Positions 21,651-30,795 of a DNA stretch of 32,816 nucleotides are shown here, piece by piece. Location of the stretch: the IMG/VR virus record IMGVR_UViG_3300036942_000123, positions 1 to 32,816 of that record; one strand, given 5' to 3'. Positions within the stretch are counted from its first letter, which is position 1, and each line of letters opens with the position of its first letter. The notes below the pieces were generated by a model that saw only the letters and a list, made by a program, of their open reading frames with translations, did not search any database and was not told where the DNA came from. A program made the position numbers and the translations under genes. Source of the stretch: a virus. Lineage: Duplodnaviria; Caudoviricetes.

Positions 21651-22247
21651 ATGTCAGTTATGGAAGAGAACAATCCAGAAGTTGAGTTAGAGAAATTAGA
21701 GGAAGAGATAAAAGAGGAAAATGAGAATCTAAGGCAAGAATTGGAAGAAGCTAAGAAAGAGATGGACATCAGTGATATCAAGAACGAGTTTAGAAGAAAG
21801 TTAGAAGAGATGAAAGAGAATGGCAGTAACGAGGAGAAGGCTTACGCTAATAAAGTACTGGAAGAGATGAACGCCAAGAAGACTTTGAAGACACTCAAGG
21901 ATAACATCATCAGATATACTAAACCCAAAAATAATCTATCCAAGGATATCAATAAAGAATATAAGATCGCAGAGGATAAGTTAAAGAATTCCACTGGTTT
22001 CATATTTAGGCACATCGGAAAAGTTAAGAGTAAATTGAAAGAGTCGAATGATGATAGATTGACTAATACTGAGATAAAATATTTCTTGTGGGAATTCTAC
22101 AAGTTCATTAATAGAAATTCTTTAGATGAGTATGGAGTATTCATCACAGAAGCTATTAATTACATTTATAAATTGAAAGATTTAAATGAAGACGAACTTG
22201 ATAGTTATTACAATAATGTTAAAGAAGTAGTAGAACTTATGAATTAA
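21651..22247 (+). CDS. Hypothetical coiled-coil protein
   Basis: ORF track; AAGGGGG RBS; terminator hairpin after (about 22257-22283). Confidence 0.75.
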   Translation: MSVMEENNPEVELEKLEEEIKEENENLRQELEEAKKEMDISDIKNEFRRKLEEMKENGSNEEKAYANKVLEEMNAKKTLKTLKDNIIRYTKPKNNLSKDINKEYKIAEDKLKNSTGFIFRHIGKVKSKLKESNDDRLTNTEIKYFLWEFYKFINRNSLDEYGVFITEAINYIYKLKDLNEDELDSYYNNVKEVVELMN

Positions 22248-22331
22248 TAACTGATGGGAAGAAAGCTTAATTGCTTTCTTTCCGTTTTTTATTTGTTTTA
22301 TAATAACAAATTAAATAAGGTAGGTGATCTT

Positions 22332-23063
22332 ATGGCAAAATACCCATTTCTAAGGAAAAAAGAAAACCAATATATATTTGATGGATATAAGATAAGAATT
22401 TTTATACCCAAAGAGTATTTTGAGAAAGAAGTAGCAGTAGAAAAGGGTAAATTTATTGAAACAACTGGGATCTTCGTTTTTAGGGAATATAAGAACGAGA
22501 AGGATAAGAGAGGTAATAAGCATACCATGAAATTACCTTATAAGATGCAGTTCAACTTTAGCAACACTTACGATGCTGAATTATCTTTAGCTAGGAACAA
22601 GAGTCCAGAAAAATATAAAGTTTATGAATTAGAAAAAGGAGATTTGTTCATGAAGAACAACCAGTTGGCAGACTCCAGTATCAACGAGTTTGTTGACGTT
22701 CTTCACAAAGGGAGAATCCCTAACTCTACAGATTACAGTGAAATCATAAAAATATACTTAAAACTATTAGAGTTTTCTGGTACTAGTCTAGGAGTTCCTT
22801 CATTAGTATTAGAAACTATAGTATCTGTACTTGCTAGAAATAAGGAAGATTTAACTCAGCAATTCAGACAGGTTATTGGAAACGATGAAGCTGGAGAAAA
22901 TGACTATGAACTGGTAAATATCAAACAAGTGCCTTCACTTGAATCTACTTTCAGTGATATCACATTTGAAGATATGAACCAATCGTTAATTAATTCTGTA
23001 AAAAGATCAAGGAATAATGAAGAAGAGAAGGAATCTTCTATAGAAAAAGTAATGAAATATTAA
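22332..23063 (+). CDS. Putative RNA polymerase beta' C-terminal fragment (likely a virion RNAP subunit)
   Basis: Start reset to ATG 22332 (RBS AGGTAGGTG; the longer ORF start overlaps a terminator). LGVPSLVLETIVSVL resembles GVxINDKHIEVIVRQM, and STFSDITFEDMNQSL resembles SFISAASFQETTRVL. Confidence 0.55.
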   Translation: MAKYPFLRKKENQYIFDGYKIRIFIPKEYFEKEVAVEKGKFIETTGIFVFREYKNEKDKRGNKHTMKLPYKMQFNFSNTYDAELSLARNKSPEKYKVYELEKGDLFMKNNQLADSSINEFVDVLHKGRIPNSTDYSEIIKIYLKLLEFSGTSLGVPSLVLETIVSVLARNKEDLTQQFRQVIGNDEAGENDYELVNIKQVPSLESTFSDITFEDMNQSLINSVKRSRNNEEEKESSIEKVMKY

Positions 23064-23224
23064 TTAATATCAGATAATAATTAGTTATATTATTAGAATT
23101 AGTTTATAATTGATTATTATATAAAAAGTTATTACTTTTTGTTTTTTCTAAAAAAACATTTAATTAAATTATACTGATTATTAAATTAGACTAAATTAAA
23201 TAAAAAGAATTGGAGGAAAATATA

Positions 23225-26200
23225 ATGGCTGAATATTTACACCCGCACGTTTCAAGTAATATAATTGACAATTCGGCTACTTTTGTATCCAGTGAAGGAA
23301 CAAATAAGCTGTTAGTTGCTTTTACATCCGATAAGGGTAGAGATAATAAGTTAGAATTAATTACCTCTCCTAGCGAGTTCATCTTTAACTATGGTGAACC
23401 TAATTGGACTAAGCACGGACAAGCTGCTTATAATGCTCTTGAATGGCTACAATCAGGTGGCGATATCTATGGTCTTAGAGTAATGCCAGAAAACTCTGGT
23501 TATTCTAATATTATTTTTAATGTACAAACTAAAGTAGAAAGTAAATCCGTTAAAGATAGCAATGGTGATTTAGTTACTGTTGACGATGTTAATGTACGTC
23601 CACTAGTTGGATATACTTCTGTTAATAACACATCCGAGGAAGCTCTGCAAAATGAGTTGACTAGAACACTACCTAACACTTTAGATGGATATACAAATAA
23701 CCAATTATTTGCTATTTATCCTATAGGTAGAGGTGAATACTATAATGATATGGGAATCAGACTAAGTAGAAATGAGTCTTACGATTCCACATATGATTTT
23801 AAACTATATGACTTTGAAGTTATTCAAGAAACAGATAGTGGATCAGTACAAGTAGTAGAAGGTCCATTCGTAGTTTCATTCAGTCCAGACGCAGTAGATG
23901 TTTCTGGTCAGTCAATGTTCATTGAATCAGTAATTGCTAGAAATTCTGATTATTATAGAGTAATGTTTAACGAGGACAACTTTGATGGGGTAGGTGAAAT
24001 TATTAACCCTGAAGTTCACCCTCAAAGATTGGATCTTTTAACTTTCCAAGAGAGTGATTCTGGAGATACATTTAATTCTAGTGAAACTGGTGCTACTGAA
24101 TCTATCTATATGTACGTAACTCAATATGACGATGCAGGAGAACCAACTAGCAGATTGAATATCCCAGAGATGACCAATACAATTGAACAGGGTATTGTTG
24201 ATATTGATAATACTATTCGTAAAGAGATTTATGAACAGACTAAAGATAAGATTGATTCTATGAAGTCTGCTTTATCTGATATCATTAATGACACTTATGA
24301 CTTAACCACATATGAAACTGAGATTTCAACACTTCAAGATGATGCACTTACAGTTCTAGATGATATTCAAGCTAAGATTGAAGAATATGATCAATCTGTA
24401 GTAGATGGATCACCTATTGACTTAGTTCTTGAAGATGGAGACGGAGTTTCATTATTAGCTCTATTGAAGTCTGAAGTAAGTGAATTAACAGATAAAGTAA
24501 GAGAACTTGTTAACTACGCTCAAGCTGGAGTTGGAACTACTCCTGAATTGTTAGCACTTCAAGTTGCTCTTGAGAACGTAGTATATAAGTCAGAAGCACT
24601 AGACCTGGCTTCTATTAAAGAGCTTTACAATAATGATATCCTAGGAGATATTGATTTAAATTCTCTTCCTACTGATATTTCAATGATGGATGAATATCTA
24701 TCAGAATTAGAAGATATTGCTCTTGACTTCTCTGACGTATTAGATTTTGTAAGGGAAGAAAATGAGGAAGTTACCAGTCACACTGCTCATGAAGTAGTAT
24801 TTGATAGCGCTATGCCTATAGCTACAGTAGATACTGTTACTGTAACTTTACTTGCTGATAACGTTGGAAGTGAAGAAGTTTATACCGTTACTGGCGTATC
24901 TGACGTTTCTAACTTAGTAGATCAATTAGCTACTGAACTTAGAAATCCAACTGTAGGAACTACTGATTATTTAGTAGAAGTTAATGATGCTAATGATGGT
25001 TTTACAGTTGCAGAAGCTAGAGAGTTTGAAGTTGTTTCAGTAACTTCTGATAATGTAGACTTCACAGAAGCTGATGATGTAACTGTTACTAACAACGTAG
25101 ATTGGGAAAGATCTGTAGAAATTCTCGATTTAACTGCATTAGAAAATAGATATAGTTCTTTCTTAAGTGCTCTTGATACTGCTAGTGATGAATTACTTCC
25201 TATGGATGGTGCTGGTGGAAGAAAAGAATCTTATGAAGAACTTAAAAATACATTAGTTTCAGAATTACTGTCCGACCTAGAAAGTGCTGTTGACAATGTG
25301 ATGGTTGAACATGAAGTTGAAGGTTCATTAGACTTGATGGATCAGGTAGACACTGTTGTTTCTGAAGCTAACACTGTTATTGCAGTTGTAGACTCTGGTT
25401 CTGCTACAGTGGAGAATTCTAAGACCTACATCAGTGAAGCAGAGAACGATGTGACAAAGGCACGTCAGAACACTTACAGAATGAGATTGGATAGTTTCGA
25501 CAACAGTCTGTTCTTAAACGGTGGTAAAGACGGAGACCTTTCCACAGAAGACTCAGCTCTTAAAACACAGACTACTAAAGATCTGTTGATCAAAGCTTAC
25601 ACAGGTATGATCGACCCAGATCTTACTAATGAAAAGTTATTCCCAATTGACCTTGTTATCGATGCTAACTACGATAAGAACGTTAAGGATGCTATCGTTG
25701 ATTTAGTATCTCAAATTAGACGTGATTTCCCTGCTATCTTAGATACAGGATTCACTGCTAACGTTGAACAAGCAATTGATTATAGAGAAAATAAATTGAT
25801 GACAGATACTTTCTTTGCGTCAATCTTTACTCAAGACGTTACTGTTTATGATGAGTATACAGGTAGAGATATTAGAGTAACTTCACCTTATTTCCTAGCT
25901 GGTAAGATCCCTACTCACGATGACTCTTTCGGAGTTCAGTATCCATTCGTTGGTCCAAAACGTGGTGGAATTAGTGGTTATGAGTCCATTAGTTGGATTC
26001 CAAACACTACTGAAAAAGAAAGACTTTATAAGCGTCAAGTTAACTATATTGAGAAAGATACAGTTCAGACTAGATTCAATTCTCAGTTGACTGCTCAGAC
26101 ATTTAATAGTGCTCTTTCCAATATCAACAACGTTAGAGTCCTATTGAAAATGCAGAGAACAGCTAAAGCTATTGCAGACAAGTATCAGTTTGAATTCTTT

Positions 26201-26401
26201 GAAGAATTGATTCCTGCACTGCAGAGTGAGTTGAACGATAACCTGAGTAAGTGGGTAGCAAACGGCGCTTGTCGCACAGTTACTCCTACAGTTTACGCTT
26301 CTGAGTATGATAGAAATCAGAAGAAAGCTAAAGTTAAGATTGAAGTTCAATTCAGTAGACTTGCTGAAAGATTTGTTATCAACTTCGTAGTAGATAAGTA
26401 A
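23225..26401 (+). CDS. Contractile tail sheath protein with large central insertion
   Basis: N-terminal YLHPHV...SDKGRDN...EFIFNYGEP and C-terminal PFVGPKRGGI...LYKRQVNY...QLT...SALSNINNVRVL match sheath motifs. Start at ATG 23225 after GGAGG. Confidence 0.9.
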   Translation: MAEYLHPHVSSNIIDNSATFVSSEGTNKLLVAFTSDKGRDNKLELITSPSEFIFNYGEPNWTKHGQAAYNALEWLQSGGDIYGLRVMPENSGYSNIIFNVQTKVESKSVKDSNGDLVTVDDVNVRPLVGYTSVNNTSEEALQNELTRTLPNTLDGYTNNQLFAIYPIGRGEYYNDMGIRLSRNESYDSTYDFKLYDFEVIQETDSGSVQVVEGPFVVSFSPDAVDVSGQSMFIESVIARNSDYYRVMFNEDNFDGVGEIINPEVHPQRLDLLTFQESDSGDTFNSSETGATESIYMYVTQYDDAGEPTSRLNIPEMTNTIEQGIVDIDNTIRKEIYEQTKDKIDSMKSALSDIINDTYDLTTYETEISTLQDDALTVLDDIQAKIEEYDQSVVDGSPIDLVLEDGDGVSLLALLKSEVSELTDKVRELVNYAQAGVGTTPELLALQVALENVVYKSEALDLASIKELYNNDILGDIDLNSLPTDISMMDEYLSELEDIALDFSDVLDFVREENEEVTSHTAHEVVFDSAMPIATVDTVTVTLLADNVGSEEVYTVTGVSDVSNLVDQLATELRNPTVGTTDYLVEVNDANDGFTVAEAREFEVVSVTSDNVDFTEADDVTVTNNVDWERSVEILDLTALENRYSSFLSALDTASDELLPMDGAGGRKESYEELKNTLVSELLSDLESAVDNVMVEHEVEGSLDLMDQVDTVVSEANTVIAVVDSGSATVENSKTYISEAENDVTKARQNTYRMRLDSFDNSLFLNGGKDGDLSTEDSALKTQTTKDLLIKAYTGMIDPDLTNEKLFPIDLVIDANYDKNVKDAIVDLVSQIRRDFPAILDTGFTANVEQAIDYRENKLMTDTFFASIFTQDVTVYDEYTGRDIRVTSPYFLAGKIPTHDDSFGVQYPFVGPKRGGISGYESISWIPNTTEKERLYKRQVNYIEKDTVQTRFNSQLTAQTFNSALSNINNVRVLLKMQRTAKAIADKYQFEFFEELIPALQSELNDNLSKWVANGACRTVTPTVYASEYDRNQKKAKVKIEVQFSRLAERFVINFVVDK

Positions 26402-26500
26402 AATATGAATGAATAACAATAAATTAAATATATAAAGAAAAAGTGGGGAGAGATCCTCGCTTTTTCCCTAATTACAATAATAGAAAGGAATGAATAATTT

Positions 26501-29018
26501 ATGGGTAGAGTAAAGAACCTAACGGTTCAGACTCCGTCTATTCTGTAAGAGAATAGAATGAATCCTGTGAACTGCTGGAAACTCCTAAAGCTCTAGAAGC
26601 TACAAAGTAATCTGTAAAGATAAACTTGAATGCTACGAAAGTAGAAAAAATTCTAGAGATGAGATATGGTTAAATCCTAAGTCTTTTATAATGGACAATC
26701 AGCATCTAAGGATCTTCAATATGAAGATCAAAGTTCAACGACTAATTAGTACATTGTATTATCTAGCAAATAATATTTTGGAAGTGCAGGAATGACCTTA
26801 TTAGAGGGCATATGATATAGTCTAACTATTTTAATCAGACCGAAAGGAAACTGAGAATTTATGACTAAATAAGTTTTAATTATTTAATTTACCTTCAACA
26901 TAATTATAATTTATTATGTGGGAGGTGAAGATATGATTAAGTCTCATAAGACAAGAATTTATCCAAATAAAAAACAAAAACAACTTTTAAATGAATTATT
27001 TGGTTATAGTCGATATTGCTATAACTTAGGTTTAGAAACTTGGAATGAAATGTATGATAATGGTGAAAAAACTTCACACTATAAAGTTAGAGATAAAACT
27101 AAAACTAAAAAAGATGAATGGTGTAATAAATATTCCTTAAATATATTTGAAACTGCTATTGAGGATTTAAATGATGCTTTCAAAATGTTTTTTAAAGGAA
27201 TTAATAAATATCCTAAATTTAAATCTAAACGCAATTTTAAAAATTCTTTTAGAATTCATAAAAAAACTAAATATACTATTAAAATTAATAAAGAAAATAA
27301 ATCTATTAGGGTACCAAAAACTGGTAGAAATAATTGGATTAAATTAGCAGAATTACCTAGATTTAACGGTAAAATTAAATCTTACACTATTTCTAAAAAA
27401 TCTAATAAATATTTTATCTCATTTACAATTGAAGTTGAAAGTAATAAGAAACATAATAAAACCAACAAATCAGCAGGAGTAGATTTAGGTTTAAAAGACT
27501 TTGCTACTGTTGTTGGAAGAGATAATGATAATAAAAATAATTATACTTATAAAAAATATAATTATCCTAAAAAACTTATTACTATTAAATATCATATTAA
27601 AGAACTTCAAAAAATACTTTCTAGAAAAGTTAAAGGATCAAATAATTATAAAAGAGTGAGAACCAAACTCCAAAACCTATATTTAAAAGTTAAAAATATC
27701 AAAGATGATTTCTTGCATAAATTAACAAAAATGCTAGTGGATAACTATGATACTATCACAATAGAAGATTTAAATGTCAGTGGAATGATAAAGAATAAAA
27801 ATCTTTCAAGTTCAATTCATGAAAGTCTCTTCTATAAATTTAAAAAATTCCTTCAATATAAATCAGAGTGGAATAAAAGAAATTTAATGATAGCAGATAG
27901 ATGGTTTCCTAGTACTCAGACATGTCCTTCTTGTGGAAATGTTAAGAAAGGTAAAGATAAACTTAATCTTTCACAGAGAATTTATGAATGTGATTGTGGA
28001 CATGTAGCTGATAGAGACATAAATGCAGGAATAAATCTTTTGGAATATGGATTAAATCATATTTAATTAAAACTTATTAGGCTTGGCTAGAGTCATATAA
28101 AAAGTTTTCAGAGATAGGATCCCTGATTAGTGCTTTTACAGACTTTTAAAAATCTTATTGTAGACGAAACTGAAAAATTTATATATTAAGAGTAATCTTA
28201 ATTAGTCATAAATTTTTATAGCAGCAACTCCAAGTAACATTGCCAATCAAGCTGGTAATGGAAACTTTTTCACAGGACACTTTAACTACAACAATATGAA
28301 CTACGATCCATATCTATCTGGATATGCTTTCATAATTTGGACAAAAGTACCTAATTGGTTGGGAGATGCTGAGAACGGCGGTATCTTTGAGAACGCTGGA
28401 ACAGAGCACTTCAAAAACCTGACTCAGAAAAACTTCAAATCTTTAGGTGGTCTTTCTAGTATTACAATGGAAACTGGTACAACCACTCATGGTTTTGCTG
28501 GTAATGAAAAGTCACACGCTCAATCTATTTCAAAAGCTAACACAGAGTTCACACTATCTCACCAAGAGTTTAGTGGATCCCCAATCACAAGATATTATCA
28601 GAATTGGGTTGGAATGGTAAGAGATCCAGAAACTGGTATCGCAGTTTATCCTAAGAAGTATGGTTTAGATTACAATCAGAACAACCATACAGGAGAACTA
28701 CTTTACGTAGTTACCAGACCAGATGCTAATAACTTTGAAAATGGACAAAACATTGAGTTTGCTTCTTATTGGACTCAAGTTATGCCAACTATTTATCCGT
28801 TGGATCACTATAATTTCGATGAGGGTACACACGACACAACCCAGATCGAGCAGACTTTTGCAGGAAACTTCCATACTTCTCCTAAGATTTATGAATTTGC
28901 TGCACAGCATATGGATAAAGTATATGATTTCCAAGGCATGGATAATTACGACCCTGAAGGTGGACCAGAAGCGCCTAATCCACACACAATTCAGGATGCT
29001 GAAGGAGATACTCTGTAA
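26501..29018 (+). CDS. Tail tube protein interrupted near its start by a TnpB-bearing group I intron (exon 1 about 26501-26510, exon 2 28225-29018)
   Basis: Follows the sheath gene. Late promoter at 26415 and GAAAGGA RBS before ATG 26501. The frame of 28296..29018 is open back to the intron end (TPSNIANQAGNGNFFTG). EFSGSPI...WVGMVRDPETG resembles tube proteins. The 5' splice site is uncertain. Confidence 0.7.
26897..26908 (+). promoter_or_regulatory. Late-type promoter AACA-N6-TA inside the intron, upstream of tnpB
   Basis: AACA-TAATTA-TA, then GGAGGTG RBS and ATG 26933. Confidence 0.65.
26933..28066 (+). CDS. tnpB: TnpB RNA-guided endonuclease (IS200/IS605/IS607-type)
   Basis: N-terminal KTRIYPN...FGYSRYCYN; YPKFKSK; RuvC I GVDLG, RuvC II IEDL, zinc finger CPSC...CDC, RuvC III DRDINA. 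All three catalytic residues are present. Confidence 0.95.
   Translation: MIKSHKTRIYPNKKQKQLLNELFGYSRYCYNLGLETWNEMYDNGEKTSHYKVRDKTKTKKDEWCNKYSLNIFETAIEDLNDAFKMFFKGINKYPKFKSKRNFKNSFRIHKKTKYTIKINKENKSIRVPKTGRNNWIKLAELPRFNGKIKSYTISKKSNKYFISFTIEVESNKKHNKTNKSAGVDLGLKDFATVVGRDNDNKNNYTYKKYNYPKKLITIKYHIKELQKILSRKVKGSNNYKRVRTKLQNLYLKVKNIKDDFLHKLTKMLVDNYDTITIEDLNVSGMIKNKNLSSSIHESLFYKFKKFLQYKSEWNKRNLMIADRWFPSTQTCPSCGNVKKGKDKLNLSQRIYECDCGHVADRDINAGINLLEYGLNHI
28067..28244 (+). ncRNA. Putative omegaRNA scaffold with guide read from exon 2
   Basis: About 160 nt non-coding, with pairing TTTTCAG/CTGAAAA, between the tnpB stop and the element end. By the TnpB paradigm the guide would be 28225-28244. Confidence 0.55.
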
Positions 29019-29041
29019 TATTATAGATTTTAATAAAATAA

Positions 29042-29069
29042 ACGCTATAGCTTTAATTAGCTATAGCGT
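29042..29069. terminator. Bidirectional terminator
   Basis: ACGCTATAGCT-ttaatt-AGCTATAGCGT between convergent genes. Confidence 0.85.
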
Positions 29070-29079
29070 CTTTATTATT

Positions 29080-29607
29080 TTATAGTATTATTTCGCTTCT
29101 GTTACATATATATTTAGTTTTGATAGTTTCTGCTAAATCTTCTGGTATGGTGTTTCCTTTCTTGACATGGACGTTGAGATCGATGTTGATATCGTAGTAT
29201 AGTAGATCTATCAGTTCTGAGCAAAGGTACTTGTTTGGATTGTTGGTTATTGCTTCCAATCCAAATATAATATGGAAACCAGAAGAAAATAACTGAGTGT
29301 AGTCGTAACTTTTGTTGAGTCTTTTTACCATGCTAGCTTGTATATTAGCTTTTTGAGTTCTGTTTAGTTCATCTTTGTACCTATACACATCGAAATCTCT
29401 ATCTACATTCTCGTAGAGGATGAATTTACTATCAGTCCAATCTATATCATAAAAAAGATGCTTACCATGAAGCTTTCCATAGTAAATTCCAGTATGGCTG
29501 TATTTAGAATCTGTTAATTCTGCAATAGTACTGGAGATGAATCCAGTTGGATAGAAAAGGATTATATCCCCAGTTTGCAATTGTTTTTCATTAGTATTTT
29601 CTCTCAT
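29080..29607 (-). CDS. Permuted papain-like (YiiX/YebB, NlpC/P60 superfamily) amidase
   Basis: LQTGDIILF, YSHTGIY (His), KSYDY and YLCSELI (Cys) in permuted order. Confidence 0.85.
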   Translation of the reverse strand: MRENTNEKQLQTGDIILFYPTGFISSTIAELTDSKYSHTGIYYGKLHGKHLFYDIDWTDSKFILYENVDRDFDVYRYKDELNRTQKANIQASMVKRLNKSYDYTQLFSSGFHIIFGLEAITNNPNKYLCSELIDLLYYDINIDLNVHVKKGNTIPEDLAETIKTKYICNRSEIIL

Positions 29608-30199
29608 AGTAATCACTTTTATTTAGATATTTTAATATACCTTCTGCTACACTTTCCATTAATAGAGTTAGATATAAATCATCATTTAATCTTTTTTCTT
29701 CTTCTATATTGGAAATGAAACCTAACTCAACTAATACAGCGGGCATAGCTGTGTACTTCAGCACGAATAGATCATCCCTAGGTTTTATCCCTCTGTCAAC
29801 TACATCTTTCATGTTGGAAATCATACTATTCTGGATAACTCCTGCTAATTTCTTTCCTTCAGAGCTAGTCGGGTAATATAAAGTTTCTGTACCTTTTACT
29901 GAAGATTTATAGAAAGAGTTAGCATGTATGGATACGAATATGTCTGATTTGTTTTTATTTGCAACATAGCACCTAGTGGAAAGCTTTACGTAGTCATCAG
30001 TATTCCTAGTTTCTATTATTTTGTGATCTGATTTTAGTTTTATTATAGTTTTTAATAGTTTTCCAGCTTTCAACACCAAGTTACTTTCCTGAGTGTAGAT
30101 GTGATCTTCGTATATTTCGTCATCCATGTCTTTTTCTTTATGATCTATAGCTCCTGGATCACTACCTCCATGTCCATAGTCTAATGTCATAATTGGCAT
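29591..30199 (-). CDS. N-acetylmuramoyl-L-alanine amidase (Amidase_3), candidate endolysin
   Basis: LDYGHGGSDPGA, ESNLVL, FVSIHANS, MPAVLVELGFISN. Catalytic domain only. Confidence 0.93.
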   Translation of the reverse strand: MPIMTLDYGHGGSDPGAIDHKEKDMDDEIYEDHIYTQESNLVLKAGKLLKTIIKLKSDHKIIETRNTDDYVKLSTRCYVANKNKSDIFVSIHANSFYKSSVKGTETLYYPTSSEGKKLAGVIQNSMISNMKDVVDRGIKPRDDLFVLKYTAMPAVLVELGFISNIEEEKRLNDDLYLTLLMESVAEGILKYLNKSDYYERKY

Positions 30200-30275
30200 T
30201 TATATCATTCCTTTCTTATTGTATAAAAATTAAAATGACAATAGAAAATGAATTCTATTATCATTTTGTTTATTA

Positions 30276-30410
30276 TTAATAAGTTATTCCAGTTATTTCT
30301 TCAAACTCAGATTCAGTTATTTTATTTTTTGTAACTGCTACCCTTACCTGATCTTCAGTCCATAATCCTTTATTATAATATTTTTTAATTTTTCCATACC
30401 AATCAAACAT
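30276..30410 (-). CDS. XkdX-family small protein (44 aa), not in ORF track
   Basis: MFDWYGKIKKYYNKGLWTEDQVRVAVTKNKITESEFEEITG; AAGGAG RBS. Confidence 0.88.
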   Translation of the reverse strand: MFDWYGKIKKYYNKGLWTEDQVRVAVTKNKITESEFEEITGITY

Positions 30411-30411
30411 A

Positions 30412-30795
30412 CTATAACACTCCTTTATCTATAAGTTCAAATAATAAATCTGAAAAATCAGTGTCTTGACTATCTTGTTCTTCTTTTATTTTTAAATCTT
30501 TTAATATTCCTTCATATCCCTCTGGAAGAGTACTATTCTTTACATAATTACTATAAGTTGCTTGAAAATTAGGATCAGTTTGAATTAAATTTAAATTATT
30601 TAATCTTTTTTCTTGTTCAGTTGTTGGAATTAAATCTTCAGTAGATACTAGTAAAATATTTTGATTTCTTTCTACTAATATATTATAATAATTAATATCA
30701 TCAGTATATTTTGTAATTTCAGTTCCATTATCATTAAGTATAACTTTTTTTGAAAGAAATTCCCATTTTTCATTTTCCTCATTATATTTAATCAT
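30412..30795 (-). CDS. Tail-fibre-associated protein (typical gene preceding XkdX)
   Basis: ORF track; C-terminal QDTDFSDLLFELIDKGVL; position directly upstream of the XkdX-like gene. Confidence 0.55.
   Translation of the reverse strand: MIKYNEENEKWEFLSKKVILNDNGTEITKYTDDINYYNILVERNQNILLVSTEDLIPTTEQEKRLNNLNLIQTDPNFQATYSNYVKNSTLPEGYEGILKDLKIKEEQDSQDTDFSDLLFELIDKGVL

Larger units (their letters stand above)
26511..28224 (+). mobile_element. IStron-like element: group I intron + tnpB + omegaRNA-like right end, no transposase
   Basis: P 26570-26580, Q about 26697-26705, R 26733-26744, S 26812-26823. A 13-bp perfect stem 26856-26868/28202-28214 encloses tnpB. Ends TTTTTATAGCAG. Left boundary inferred from frame and an AG junction. 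Confidence 0.8.

Noticed and set aside
26521-26530. Element left boundary after TTCAG (26530)
   Set aside because: Joining it to 28225 puts exon 2 out of frame, with a stop near 28297.
26933-28066. Cas12f/type V CRISPR effector
   Set aside because: No array or cas genes nearby; size, motifs and right-end context fit TnpB.
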